Origin: Marsupella aquatica
Lineage: Eukaryota > Plantae > Marchantiophyta
Length of the DNA stretch: 64,000 nt
NCBI GenBank assembly: GCA_973895155.1
Contig: OZ316897.1
Location: forward strand, 16,503,938 to 16,567,937
Reading direction: 5' to 3'
The notes under the pieces: generated by a model
Database searches by the model: none
What the model was told of the DNA's origin: nothing
The model's input: the letters and a program-made list of their open reading frames with translations, nothing else
Shown here: positions 49,501-63,078 of the stretch, piece by piece
Numbering within the stretch: the first letter of the stretch is position 1
Layout: every line of letters begins with the position of its first letter
Translations under genes and position numbers: made by a program

Positions 49501-51559
49501 GTTTTGCAGTGTTAAGCTTGAGGTACCTATAAATTGAAACTTAACTACAATAACTCAACTTCAAATTTAGCCCATAATTAAATGGAATAACCACCAAGCC
49601 AACTTTCTTCAAACCACTCACGATGAGTGGGTATTAACGTTATGAACCCTAAGTGTGAGTATTGTGCATATGAATATCATTGATATGCAACCAAATCAAA
49701 CATTTCATGAACAGCTGGACCAACGAACTGGTTTCCATGATGCACTACTCTCTTGAACTCAATTCCACATTTTTTCAATTTTTCAAGAATAATTGAAAAA
49801 CGGAATCAGTCATGTGTGAAACATGATTTTCATTCACATGATAATACAACCATCTACTTAACACAACATCTAGTAGCAGTGTCATTGTTTAGCCTTTGTG
49901 ACCAACACCATCCGTCACGGGCCTGGCTATTATATCTCCGTAGGACATATCAGGAAGGGAGAACTGATCAGTCTAATGAAACTCCACTTCCTTCGGAAAT
50001 CAACTAGTGCACGTCTGTATTCCACAACATCAATCAAGGCACACGTCGATGTAAAGAACGAAATTGGTGTGAGTCGGTAATTATGGCAGGACTGGAGGGA
50101 TACTAGCTTTGCAAGGGACAATTGGCATGAGTGGAAGATCATGATGCATGGCAGCGCTGGAATCGTACCCGAGGGTAGGCGGCCATAACGCTTATCCTGA
50201 CTGTCTTTCCGAGCATGTTGGAGAGAGAGACGAAACGAATGGCAGAGTGAGGAGAGACTCACCGTGGCTCACTCTTGAGGCCGAATTGGATTCGTTCCCA
50301 CCTGAAAAGCCCATGTCAGTTCTCCCTGGTCCTCGCAAATCGAGTGGGCAGAAATCGCTCCCCAGCGAGATCTTTTCCTGGGCTAGCCGTTGATTGCCGG
50401 CCAGATTGACAACTATCAGAGGATATTAAGATTTGGTGCGACTGTACTGCATGTACAATGCTGAGCAAAGGATTTCACTCTACAAGAACCACACACACAC
50501 TCTACATGAACCCGTTCGAACAGTTATGTGCTATAACCAGCACTGTACAAGAACCACACTCTACATGAACCCTTTTTAATTGTTGTGTCCTATGTACTGT
50601 GTTCTTTAAGGATTCTTTAAAATATGTATTTTTTACGTTGGCGACTGTGGCGAATTGCACCTAAGGGAGGACATGCTAAGAAGATTCATTATTTAAATTT
50701 ACTAGATTTATTCCTGACCGTTCGATCTCCCTAGATTAAACAGGACCATCAGAATATGGTTTGATTAGAACCAGGCGAATGAGACGAAGAAAAAATCACG
50801 CCTAAAGTGGAGGCGAAGTGCCTTCACGAGGTGCATCAATGTGCATCAATGTGCCTTCACGAGGTGCATCATTTGTGTAATTTATCTTGGCACCTCATAA
50901 GATTTCTAATCTTTTCTATCTTAGAGGTTTCTTTTCCACTATTTTAGATTTCAATAATGTGCATCCATGACAATTGTATGGGGTTTGAACCTAGACTAAC
51001 TTGTCACATGGGCAGGCTTATACTTGTTACAAACTTCTTCTCCATGCCTTGTTCCTAGTTTTGGTGCTCCTAATTGATTGATTAAAATTTGTTGTCCTTA
51101 TACATTTTTCAGTGGTATATATGAAATCTTTGGGGAGAACTCGAGAACCAGCCAGGTTTTCATGACAAAACATTACACATACGGAACAGACAGAAGTGTT
51201 GAACCCAAATCTATGCCAGACCCAGTTCTCACGGTGGTATATGAACATTTAGTCTGAGTCATTATAGGTGTTCCGTGCACGACAAGTCCTAGCCTCCTTT
51301 TTCGCTGAAGTAGCGTGCAAGTGGATTTGTCTCAAATAGATGCCTGAGAAAGATCTGTGAAATCCTTCGTGACAAGGAGCATGCGCCTCAGGAAAACGGG
51401 CCGGTTCAAATTCATAAGTATAAACAAATGGAATGGAATGGGCACGGTTGGAACACAAGTCCTGCCTGCCGTCTACATATATATTTAAATTCTACAATAT
51501 ACAAATGGCAATGTTCCCACTGGGCCACACGAGGAGGTCATATGGCTCCCAGGAGGTTT

Positions 51560-51810
51560 ACCACGGCCACGTCACAAAATCCATGTCCCACCCACGGGGC
51601 AGGCTCGCATCTCACGCGCCACGTGAGCTGTGGCTGCTGGTTGCTTCGCAGCTCACCCGCTGGGTCCCGCCTGACTAGGCTCGGGAAATCTCCAGGCTCG
51701 GTGGAGGCGTCCAGAGTTCCAGACCTCGCTCCTCCTCGCGATCTCTCCTTTGTCTCTTGTGCAATTATATTATACGGTAGAGCCGAAAACCCTCCCCTGG
51801 TGACGTGACT
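51560..51810. promoter_or_regulatory. ACGT-core (G-box/hybrid box) cluster, probable BBX promoter
   Basis: GCCACGTCA (~51566), GCCACGTG (CACGTG at 51620-51625) and TGACGTG (51801), in a GC-rich island 1.3-1.5 kb upstream of the BBX ATG. Confidence 0.5.
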
Positions 51811-53083
51811 TCGGTTCTCTCTGCTTCTATGGTGGAGTTGATGGCGACCGTCGATCGGCCCTATCGACGGGTGACGGCGCGGCTCGATTCGCTTGCTTGG
51901 ACCATGAAATCCGGAGGAAGAGAACTTCATGAGGAGTCGAAGACATGGTGCCGGTGATCTGTGGCTGTGTGTGGAGTCGTTGGCAGAGAGCCCGAGAGAG
52001 AGATTCTCGTGGGAACTTGGAAAGGAGGTTCGGTGGTGAAGTGAGGCGGAGGTGAGGTCGTCGTCTGCGTAGCTGACTGTCTTGGGTGTGGCTGCTGTGG
52101 TGTCGCAAACACGGACACAGGTCGAGGAGGAAGCTCTTTTGGGCTAGCGGGGCTTCTCTTTTCAGCTCTCTGGGGTCAGTTGGATCCACTTTGCTGTAGT
52201 TGGTCGATCTTCTCCTGATGTCCACGAAAATATCTCTGAGTGCCACCATATTCAGCTCTGCTTCAGGGTCCAGCATCCGGAGACTTGTCCTTTTGCTCCG
52301 TTTCCAGTATTTCCCATCGAGATCCTCTCATGATGCTCTCCCATACCCCTTACTAAAGAAGGGCCTGACATCGCATGACATTGTTCAATCTCCGATCTTA
52401 ACAGCACTTGGGACACCAAGTAGTCGACCCAGTTGTTTACAAGAAGAACGAGGGCACGGCAACGACTTGAATCTCTCTCTAGGTTGATATTAGAGACAAT
52501 CGTTTCGCTATTGTAGGACTGCCGAATTTGGTAGAATCTGTATGCAATTTCACGGCTGCAAGTCTGTAAGACAAAGTCGAAGAAGGTCTGGAGGTTGATG
52601 TATATATTATGTCACTAGTGTGGTTCTACTCGAAGGTAACATTTCAGGTCACAACTGCAGGTGTGCGTATCCAGGCGAACGAACTGTGAGTTCTATGGGC
52701 GAGAGGTAGATTTCGGGAGTTTCCAACTGGGGTGAAAGAGCTCAAACTTCTGGGGATTTATTATTACAGACAGATATGTTGTGTCTATCGTCAGTGCCTA
52801 GCCTAGTGTGGATGAGTCGTAATTCGTGAACATTTATGCGACAGTCGAACTGCTATGAAAGTATGGAGAGGCAGAGTATTTTGCAGTGTGGATACTTTGG
52901 ACCGTGAACATGGGAGCTGCTCACTATTTTCTTCCAAACTGGGAATCACGTGAAGAGGTGATCATACTGCATCCGTTATTTCTACACATCGAATCGCGGC
53001 GTTCTCGTTTGGTGGTAAGTTTCGGCGACTTGGAGGAAGACAGGCAAAGAGTTGGGTGTCAAATCGCGCATTGATCAGTCCGA

Positions 53084-53701
53084 ATGGGGAAAAATTGCGA
53101 ATTGTGTGGAAGGATGGCCACACTCCGCTGCAGTGCCGATGATGCTGAGCTCTGCTGGATCTGCGATGCGGAAGTCCACAGTGCCAACTACCTCGTAGCC
53201 CGTCACTTGCGCTTGGTGCTGTGCTCGTGTTGCAGTGCAGAGACAGAATGCCAAACTTCAGGAACTTCTCCATGCCCCCTCTCGCGCAGATGTGCTTCCT
53301 GCGATCCAGCTCATGTGGGTGATGAGGAACGGGTTAACTTGGCGAGGTCCGTGTTAAGCGAATGCAACGACGACAGTGAAGAGTTGGGGCACTCTGCTGT
53401 TCCGGGGCTCATGATGGGCACTGCAGTGAGACTCTCTCGCGCCAGCCAGGAGGGTCTGAGCGATGCCCTCAGCAGCGTCGAAGATGAGAAAACCGTGAGG
53501 AAATCCATTGCGGAGAGTTCAAGAGGTAGGCTGAAGAGACTACGAGGAGGAGGTAATGGTGCTATTACTGTTCCAAGGAAGCGCTCTCTTACCCCTGGTC
53601 AAAGCAGAAAACATGTGACGGTGAGGAAATCGAGAAAGAAGCGCAGTGGGTCTCCGGTGAGCGTCATACCGATGGACAATGTTTTCTCGAACGAGAGTTG
53701 A
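53084..53701 (+). CDS. Single B-box zinc-finger protein without CCT domain (BBX structural group V-like)
   Basis: CELCGRMATLRCSADDAELCWICDAEVHSANYLVARHLR matches the plant B-box consensus. It is followed by LCSCC..CASC and a basic NLS-like tail. Confidence 0.93.
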   Translation: MGKNCELCGRMATLRCSADDAELCWICDAEVHSANYLVARHLRLVLCSCCSAETECQTSGTSPCPLSRRCASCDPAHVGDEERVNLARSVLSECNDDSEELGHSAVPGLMMGTAVRLSRASQEGLSDALSSVEDEKTVRKSIAESSRGRLKRLRGGGNGAITVPRKRSLTPGQSRKHVTVRKSRKKRSGSPVSVIPMDNVFSNES

Positions 53702-55362
53702 TCGGGTACCGCGGCAATGATGTGCCGTTTTCGTGGATGGTGGGTCGACGAGATGAATTACTTTCCCTTGAGTAATTTGCAAGCCGACTGACTTATGTTA
53801 TCGCTATACGTACTGCCCGATATAGTTAAGACATGATCTCCAGCTGAGAATCATTTTGTTTCACTGCATATGGCCCAGCCGTCTCACCTTCATTTCATGG
53901 CTTGGACATGCGACAGTGGTTCGGATATTATGCAAGAGTGCAGGCCCCATCTCTCCGGCTAGAGTCGTCTGAAGCTCACTGGCTAGCGCAAGATTTACTC
54001 TGCTTCGAACCGAAGATCGTCACAACTTGGTTGGCGGTTGGGTCGTTGATAAAGGAAGAAGATGAATCTAAGGAAGTTTGCTTTTATCGCAGGGTGAAAG
54101 TAATGTCCAGCAACAATACACACCGAAAGGCTCGACATTAATTAGGAAAGATAGTGAACCAGAATATGGTTGTGCATCCAGAGCAAGTTTGATCAGAGGT
54201 TGTGGCCTAGGAGGTGGGTTTCAATGAAGTGAAAAATTGTAGAGTAGATGACCAGCATACGAAATTTTGATTCTACTTTCCATCTCAGTAGCAGTTTTGA
54301 TCTAAGGTTGGCCTATTTGGGAGGGTTCCGGTACGGTGGAAAGCAAAATGTAGAGTGTAGAACTTACAGTGCCAGCGGAAAACGATAGACTCATTTATTG
54401 CCCACGATTCTCCAGCATGTGGGGTTTCCTTTTTCCAGCAGGACTTCTTGTGCACACACGGCTTAGTATAGAATCGGAAATCCTCTTCTGAACCAAAAGT
54501 TGTAGTTACAACACCCTTGCAAGGGCATAGTCAAATTGATGGATATCAAACGTAGTCAAATTTAGTGGCAATACAACAGAAGGCGGGGCATTCTACAGCG
54601 CCACTGACCGTAGTCGCCTGGCTGAGTGATCATTAGTCTCCGACATCTTGGCAGTGGTGAAGACGTTACACTACCGCAATATGGCTGAAAGCCATGACAG
54701 TGGTTCCAGTACATAGAGAAACTGTGATCATCATTTTGTACATTAGTTTACAGATTCTGAAACGACAGTTGCCGTTCATATACGTGGAGATTCTAGATAA
54801 TGTATATTTGTTCAGCGAAAAAACAATGGAAACAAGTTCATCTTCTCGACTTGGGAAAAAGAAAGAAGAGAAGTTCATATTCTCGATTACGAAAAACTTA
54901 GGAAAGAAGTGTGTATTCTTGATTCTGATAAGAAGAATAGAAACACATTTTCTCGATTCATCTCCTCAATCCAGAGAAGAGAAAGGAAATAATTTATTCT
55001 CCCTCTCAGAGAAGAGGACGGGAAAAACTTATGGACATGTTTTTGTAAACTGATTAGGGGAATCTCAAGTCATCCAGTCCTTTCCAGATCAAAGTGAACT
55101 ATTCTTGCGTTGTTGTTCGACTTTGAACGAACAATATTTGGAGTCTGGACCAAGGAGGCTGCTAAATGGCACAAACATCTCGCAAGTTCTCTGCAAAGCT
55201 AGTGGTGACAATTGAATCGAAAGATCCATTCAATGCTATGGGACATTCCAATAATTTAGCAATGAATTATAGGATTTTGCTTCGAGCTGAAAAGGCCATT
55301 GTTAAAGTGTTGTCACCGCTCAGACTAGTGGAATTGAGTGATTGGTTTCCATGGATGTACTT

Positions 55363-55907
55363 AGGGTGGCTTTACAAGACTTGGGGGTAGTTTCCAGTTT
55401 TCTTTTGTTTCCAAGATTTGATCAGAGTCCTCCATTTGGGAGGAAACTGCTATTGTTCACTTTACAAAATGTTAGGGGCACTTTAAACCAAACCTGTTAC
55501 CAATCCTACATGGAATGTAGTGGGGTCCAATTTTTGCTTATGTGGAACACTTTTTGTCCTAGATTTTAGACCACCTCTCTCGGTGGTCTTTTCTTCTAGC
55601 CTCTTTGTCCATTTCTATTTTAAGTCATTCCCATTAAAAAGAGATGCACAAGTCCTTCAGAAAATCTTATTGTGGGACATCTAGAAAGACTTTAGCCAAA
55701 GATTATGTGACATTCAGGTGGAGGGGGTCCTCAATTTCTCTTTTAGTAAATTAATCTGGCTGCACTTGGCTTTACAAGACCTTGGGGGCAATAAAAAGAT
55801 TCAAAACCCCTGGGACACTATGTTTAGTGTGTGCAATGGCCCTCCAGTTTGCTTTGGTGAAAAAAAACTCCCAATTGCCCCCAATGCCTTGTAAAGTCCT
55901 CCTTAGG
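55363..55907. mobile_element. Possible old MITE with imperfect TIRs and one internal TIR copy
   Basis: TAGGGTGGCTTTACAAGACTTGGGGG (~55363), a direct copy (~55767) and the inverted CCCCCAATGCCTTGTAAAGTCCTCCTTA (~55880-55906). No TSD confirmed. Confidence 0.4.
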
Positions 55908-56759
55908 AGATTGTCTGTAAGTGGAGTTATCAATTCAAAATTAGTGGAACTCAAGATTGTACAAACCTATGTGAGAAATTTACACCTGCTCTGTCCCAGC
56001 TGTTCACCTTACAACCATTCTCTCTGGATCTCTCCCAAAAGTTCATTTTGAGGGTGTCTATGAAGATACTTACGCACAGGTGACGCTAAGTAACACAACC
56101 TTTTGTGTGGCCCGCAACATACCTGATCTGCCATTACTAGCCAACTTGCATAATACTGTGGTTGCCTCTCGATGAATCCTCAACCAGCGCTGAAACTCCA
56201 AGCAGTGTAACTAAGGGCACGCACTAAAAAATTAAATCTCTCACATTGCTACATTGCTATGTGGGAAACCATTGGTACAATTTTTTCCTTTTAATTTAAA
56301 CCTTAAATCTTTCTGAATGTGCTCTTATCAAAATCATTACCCTGTGCATGATTTTCAAATCCCTATGGCAGAAAAAGGAAGCCTTACTTTTTAATTTGTG
56401 CCCCCTTAGCTAAGTTGTACCCCCTTAAGACAAATGTAAGGTTACACTAAACCCAAATTCCCAACAATGTAGGGAAATTTGTAGGACAACTCTATTCATA
56501 CAAACAGGATTTGTCCAATGGAGGGATTATTTTCCAAGCCATGCTTATTGCAATATATTGCTTTTGTTTGTACAGCCTTTTGGCTGCAGTTGGCTATTTT
56601 CTTAGGTTTGTTTGGCTGTTATAGAATGAATGGAAGGATGGCAACGACACCCTTTCCTGAAACCAGCACAGCACATTTACGGGAGGTTCAGGGCCCACTC
56701 AGGAGTACAGTGCATAAGGCGGTCAGGAAGTGTGCGATCCGTTTGAATTGGACACCCAA

Positions 56760-57260
56760 TCTCAAATCGGTATGTGCCGATGCGTCGCTCCCTTTTCGAT
56801 TGGCTGCTGGACACGGCTTCTTGTGGCAGCTTATTGATCAAATTCTAGCTACCCATCATTGGAGGTTTCCCACTTTGCCACCATCCAACCCTCTCACCTG
56901 GTGCATGAGATGTGATCTCAGTCAACAGGAAGACCTCATTCATTGTATCTGGAGCTGCCCCATTTCCTCCTCTGTTTGGAGCTCTGTTTGGATATGGGTC
57001 CAGTTCGTTCTGCAGAACATGACCTTGAATAGGTGCAACACACTTCACCTTCAACCGATACACGTTCTTGTTGGCCAGCCACTGCCAGACGCTTGGGACA
57101 CACCTGGAAGTTATGGCATACTGTGAGGGCGATAGTTTGTTGGATGCTTTGAAAGAATAGAAGCTCGCATTGTATCGAGCATGCCAGATCAAACGCTCAA
57201 TCTGTAGAACTTTCAAACATCTTGGCACCAACTAGGTATCTATCTACGTAAGGACTCGGC
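56760..57260 (+). mobile_element. LINE 3' fragment (zf-RVT)
   Basis: GFLWQLIDQILATHHWRF..WCMRCDLSQQEDLIHCIWSCPISSSVW is the zf-RVT motif. The sequence is frameshifted downstream. Confidence 0.8.
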
Positions 57261-58149
57261 CAGTCATTGCCCACTACCTCTAATCTAGGCCAAGCTCTCC
57301 ATACCCTCTCTAACCCATAAGATAATACAGGCAACTAACCTACCTAGTAGGCTGAGGTCTGCACACCCTCTCTAAGACATAAGAGTGACAAGAAAGTCAA
57401 GAGATATGTGGTCCAACCCTACAGACTACTTTCACGAGCACACAAAAGAGAACTCTAAATTTGTGGATTATATTGAGTCTCCATAGACAAAGCTTTCCCC
57501 TTTCAATTGGATCCATAACAATGCAACTAAGTTTCATTCATAAAATCTTACTGAGGAATATACTAGTAGCACATCCAGCCTTAACCAAATATCTCACTTA
57601 CTATAGTTAGACTGATTGCAACTGCAAAGTAACCCTAGACCCGCATGAACCTAGCAATGGCTAACTTAGCTTTTTGTCCATGGTCTCAACCCAGGAATTG
57701 CTCTAAACTCGCTGCCCTGAACTCGCTGCCCAGAAACTAGTATATGCACAAAACTTGTATACAACCCAAACCAAACTAAGAGTGTTTCTGTTCCGAGTTA
57801 CCAGATGAACCCCCTACAATCAAGGCATGCACAGGATCCAAAGGAGCAAGTAATAAGAGCATCTCCTATGTTAACGGGGTTCACTCAGTGTATACATTAA
57901 ATACCCAATATTCTGACACTCTAACTTTAGTATACGGGGTGTATGCGCTGAGTGATGCCAAAGTTGAACCCAATGGATATGGGATATTTTAAATACAGGG
58001 TTCCTTGGAAACACATGTTGACTCCAGAAAAGAGACGTGGCCTGCTCAAAGGGTCTCACTCCAGTTTCAAGCATGGCAATGCCGTCCCGCTTGGAAATCC
58101 TCCTCCCTATTATGGACATTGCCCAGTTGACCCAAGCTCCCGCCCAAGC

Positions 58150-58888
58150 TTTCAATCATGGCCAGCGCCTCCATTCTAGAAAGGTTCTACGTATGTACAT
58201 TGTCTGCTTGCCCTTCATCAGTAATTGAAATCTGTCTCATCCTGGTCTTGGTTGCCTTCCGCTCAATAGATGCCAACTGAGCTTTTGCTTTTTTATTCCC
58301 CAAAGGCCTATTGGTGACCATCTCTGGAGTTCCAGCATGGATTCCAGAATCGTTGTCTAGACTTTCAACGTCATCTGGAGTATTGGCAGCTTGCTTCCCG
58401 TTCTTTCTCTTTGATACTCTATCCAAATGCTTCTCCTGCATTCTTGCTGCGATCTGCCACTTTGGAGAGTCCTTCAAAATTTTCCAAGCACCTTCATACT
58501 AAAATTCCAAGCCCTTCTTGTGTGTCTGTTGGTAGAGAGCTCTAGCCTTCTCCATTTGCTTGTCTTCATTGGTTCCAGACTCATTCAATTCAACGATCAT
58601 GGACATTGTTCCAGAAAACTTGGCACAATCATGATGAAGCTCACCCCACTTTGAACTTAACGATCTGATGGACCTGGGGACATTCTTCACCACACCAGGA
58701 TATTTTCGCCTGAATTCTGCCATGGATTTCTGGAAATGCCGCTCAATCTTCGTCCAATAGACATCAGATTTCTGTTGTGCTCCATTGATGGAATTGCCGC
58801 TGCATGCTAGCCACGACCTTGCAATCTGTTCAATCTCGATATTGGAGAAATTCTCCTGCTTCTTGCCCTTCTTCACACTCAGCTGCAT
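58150..58888 (-). pseudogene. PIF/Pong-type Harbinger ORF1 (Myb/SANT + NAM-associated region) pseudogene
   Basis: NFSNIEIEQIARSWL..GAQQKSDVYWTKI..RSIRSLSSKW..F*YEGAWKILKDSPKW..RPLGNKKAK, with one stop at 58499-58501. No adjacent transposase. A possible terminus ..CACTGCCT|TAA lies at ~59399. Confidence 0.85.
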
Positions 58889-59349
58889 TGTCGACTGGAG
58901 CCATGGTGGAAAATCAAAACATCACAGCACTTAGATGCAACTGAAGAAACGGCCAACAATTTCAGAAAGATTGATGATAGTGCACAGCTTCGGCGAGGTA
59001 CATCGATTCAAAGTGGCAAGTCTCGACTGCTGCGCACCATTTCTAGTGAGGAGCTTTCGCTTGAACATTAGCGGGAAATTTCTCTGCATGGCCTCCTTCC
59101 CGCACAGAAGAGCCTCGGGAAGAGCAACTTTCCTCCACTGTACAATCCATATCTGCTGCAATCCAGTCAAGAACCTGTGGATAGAGCAAAGCGGCATTTG
59201 GCCTCTCCCTGGGCCTCCCCAATCCCATTCCCGCAAGAGAAAACCCCGTGAACAAAAAATACGGTCCCGTTCCCATTCTCATTCTCTTGTAGGGGATGTT
59301 TTTTAATATTTCCTAACGGGGTTGGTGGAAGAGATGGTCTAAGCTCACC

Positions 59350-59530
59350 AAGCACCAGGAATTAGGGCGCACCAGGAATTAGGGTGTGTAACACTGCCTT
59401 AAGCTATTACTAGCCCCGATTGTTCTTTGAACGTGAATAGCGAAGAGGACAATAAAAAATTATCAAAATATATTCTCTATTGAATAGGGGAGAGGACAAT
59501 AAAAAAATTATCAAAATATATTCTCTATTC
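59350..59530. repeat. Two short direct duplications
   Basis: GCACCAGGAATTAGGG occurs twice. GAGGACAATAAAAAA(A)TTATCAAAATATATTCTCTATT occurs twice. Confidence 0.8.
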
Positions 59531-61914
59531 ATATTCTTTGAAGGTTAATGACATGATAAAAAAATTCATCATTTTAATATATATATATAAACTATATTAT
59601 TCTCCTTTATGTGCACATCAGTCTTTTTGTATGCACATTCATCTTCTATGCACATAATTATGCTGTGATGTGGCCATAGTGCCCATATTTATTTGAATGT
59701 AAATATTTAAAAATTATCAGAAAAAAATTGACATATACATTCTTCACTCTAGACCTAGGCTCTTAAAAGTAAACTTCACTTGCCCTTTTATAGTAAGATG
59801 TTTGAAAGTTTTTGTACATACTAACTTTTATGGGGGACATACTTAGATAGCTCATCAGGTTTATGTTTTTGGCTTTTTGTACTTGGCTTTATGTACTCAG
59901 TTACTGCTGCTTTGACACTCGCTATTAACTATTAACTACGGTCCAAAATGGGCATCCATCCCAAGGTGGCTCCTCACTTCCACTTCCAATATGTGACGAC
60001 TGACTGGGGGCTTCTCACTTCCATTAAGAAAAAGACTGGGTGGACCTGAGCAGGGCAAGGACGGGAGAAGTGCCGAACACCAGACCGAGCGACAACGAGG
60101 CGTGTCGCATGGGAGACCCAAGCAGAAGCAAAAGCTGTGTCTTACACTGTTTCCGCTAAAGATAGGGCTCCATGAGTCCTTGCTTGAAACCTGTGTATTT
60201 TGCTCATCCCGGGTACGATTGAACTCGTCGTCCTGGTTAATCTTTGAGGTCTTGAGGAAGAACGCATCACGTTCGCAAATTAAACCACCGAAATTATTTC
60301 ACAGAGCTGGGAAAGAATTTATCTTCGACTTCCTTTTGCAAATCCTGTCGTGAGGAGATGCAACGTACTTGTCCTCGGCTCTCTTCAGGACTGCAGTAAC
60401 GTACTTATCCTTGACCTGATGAGTTTCAAGATCAAACATGAAAAGTTCAATGCGCATAGAGTTGAATGCATCAATCGGTAAGAACTTGCAAACGACCTTC
60501 TACTCAAAAGTCCCCTGGCCAATTAAAGTAAGACAGGACAATTGTTAACAAGAGAGCAATTATGCTTGAGGTTGATCACTAATTGTGTCACTTCCATGTG
60601 GGGAGGAAAGTAACAGGAATTGCCCCCGACTCCCAAAACCGACGTTGATATTGAGGAAACGTTTTACTCACTTCTGATGGGAGGTTGGGAGTGAGTGGAT
60701 CTGTTCTGTTATAGTTGAAATATATGGCTTGTCAGGAGCAGACAGAACCGCTTCTGTTTCTTCTGGATCTACCTGAACAAGATCCTGACCTCTGTGTGGT
60801 GATAGTACGTTAGTTCGATCAGTATCAGTTAAGAGTACTTTTGCATCGTCATCTCAGACTGTAAGTATCGTGATGCATCGTGATGCAGGCGTACTGCACA
60901 AGTTTTCTTGCTGCGCTGTGGATCACTGTGTCTTGGCTGCGGCCTGTCTGTACTCGTCGGGGTTATATATCCCCTTCAGTGACAAAGTAAAATATGCAGG
61001 CCATTTCACATGCGTGGTTTCCATGCCACAGCGATAAATTGTCAAACAATATTTTCCAGAGAGTCAAGCTAAGTTGTTCGGCTGTATTGCACTGCTCCAG
61101 TTATAATTTGAGGTGGCTCGATTTGACTTCATGTTGTTTCTCTCTTGTATTGTTCTTGGCTTGTGCGAAGGACAGGTTTGACGACATTTTAGCACGAATC
61201 AAGGGAACTTGATTTTAGAGTGCAATTTCTTACATTGAAAACCATCGTACAGCGAGCAAACCACCAGGCATGCATGGTAAAAAATGTCGTAGTTCAGAAT
61301 CAGAAACGAAATGGACGAGTGTTCATGCTGTAGACTCGGGAGAAATAATTTCCCGAAAGTGTACTTTATGTTTGCTAGAATCCTAAAGTCTTTTTCTTAT
61401 TTTCTTTGAGGTGAAGATTGGACCTTACTTAAAGGTCTCGTATAGATCTCCTGTGTCTCTGTCGGGGTTACCGTTCAGTAGGGAACTTCGTTGAAGATTC
61501 ATTGAAGATGCCAACACGAGTGAACGCACTCAGCGATACTTATAATAATGTTGGAGATTGCAATTGGACACACGCAGTTTGCTCTTTTCATTATTGAGTT
61601 TTAAATTCTGAAATCCCAGTTTTCAGACACTGCTCATTACTAAAAAAGTCCAACTACATTTCAAGATCCACAAATCATGATTGCACGTTATTTCACAACT
61701 TGGGCTAATTGTGTCGCATTGCTTCCTGCTGCAGACAACTTCAATACTGTAGCCTTCTAGAATGGCACTAAGACCTTGAGGAAAATCAAAACAGCTCTTC
61801 GAGTCTCACCACTGGCCGTCTGTAGAAAACGTCGCCGAACCGTCTAAACTACAATTCTGGGAGAATTACTGCAAGCGAATTACAGCACTAGCTGTGTACC
61901 TTCTACCGAATTGA

Positions 61915-62439
61915 TTATCTCACATATCTCAGGTATATCTTATGGACTGTGACATAATCTGCAAGATTCGAGTCGTCTACTATGTAACTGAGATCGTAGC
62001 CGGTGGCAAATCGGAAGGCGCCTGTTCCACCAACGACCGCAAATTCTCTGGGCCAGACGTTGAATCCAAATTGCCCTTGTACAGATAAGGTGCCGTTGTA
62101 GGTCGGAGTACTGAGCGTAAGTACGTAATTGATGAAAACGTTTTGGGTACCAATGGTGGCGAAACCAGGTTCCACACCCAGAAGTGCTGACGTGCTCTCA
62201 CGTCCGGCTCTCAAGGTGTTGCTAAAAGTTTGAATGGTGCCGAAGCCTACTTCGCTTAAGTTTCCGCTCGTTGTCGACACGGTAATCAATGTGGCAGCCG
62301 GCCCCGCCTGTCGATCTTCGTGCACGTAGAGGGTCAGTGCGTGAATTTTAGCTTCAACTCCGACTGATAAAAGAGAGGGCAGGAAACACAGCAGAAGGAC
62401 CACCTGCTGACCAGCAGACATACTCGATCTGGACCTCAT
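61915..62439 (-). CDS. Dirigent-like protein, secreted, intronless
   Basis: Signal peptide ending VEA, then LTLYVHE, GFGTIQTFSNTL, SALLG, NGTLSVQG and REFAVVGGTGAFRFATGY (dirigent motifs I-V). Confidence 0.93.
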   Translation of the reverse strand: MRSRSSMSAGQQVVLLLCFLPSLLSVGVEAKIHALTLYVHEDRQAGPAATLITVSTTSGNLSEVGFGTIQTFSNTLRAGRESTSALLGVEPGFATIGTQNVFINYVLTLSTPTYNGTLSVQGQFGFNVWPREFAVVGGTGAFRFATGYDLSYIVDDSNLADYVTVHKIYLRYVR

Positions 62440-63078
62440 TGCTCGTAGCTCAGATTATGAGTTTGAGAATGCAATGTAGCCGTCACAAGCACCGCGCTTA
62501 CAGATCTGAAGATTGCAGCTCGATCAGTTTATGAATTTGAGATTGCAATGTAGTCGTCACAATCACCGCGCTCACATGCAGATCTGAAGATTGCACGAAA
62601 GTGGTCAACTGGTTAATCCCGACTAATTGAAAAGAGAGACTAACTGACTTGTTAGGGACTGACTGATCTTCCCGGATCGAAACAAAGCATCCATACATAA
62701 CGAAATTATCTATAATCAGAAACGCGTCAAGATGACAGGCAACAAATGTAAGAGCAACAGATGCAAAACACACGAGATGGGAGGATGAAGTCAACTGTGC
62801 TGAACGCAGGTGAACTAAAGTCGATGCAGAAGTGAGACCAACTGAGACATTGACGCTACACAACAACCTTTACAAGTAATTCCCACTTGCCTGGACAAAA
62901 AGTCTCTATTCGTTTGGCGCCGAAACGAATGGGACCGTAATCCGAACGAAGCATTCACCTTTGATCTGGGATAAGGGACAACAGTCAAACGATGAACTCA
63001 GATCTGTAAGGCAAATGGAACGAGCATAGTAAATAAGGTACTAGCGGCACCTACTTATAGGGATTCGGAGGCTCTATC

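Noticed and set aside
51827-52276. 149-aa minus-strand ORF
   Set aside because: It lies in a GC-rich probable promoter/5'UTR of the BBX gene, where long spurious ORFs are expected. No motif was seen.
55166-55360. hAT-transposase-like peptide KAIVKVLSPLRLV
   Set aside because: Too short and degenerate to support.
59936-60420. Near-open minus-strand frame downstream of the dirigent gene
   Set aside because: It has an internal stop, no recognisable domain and no supported start.
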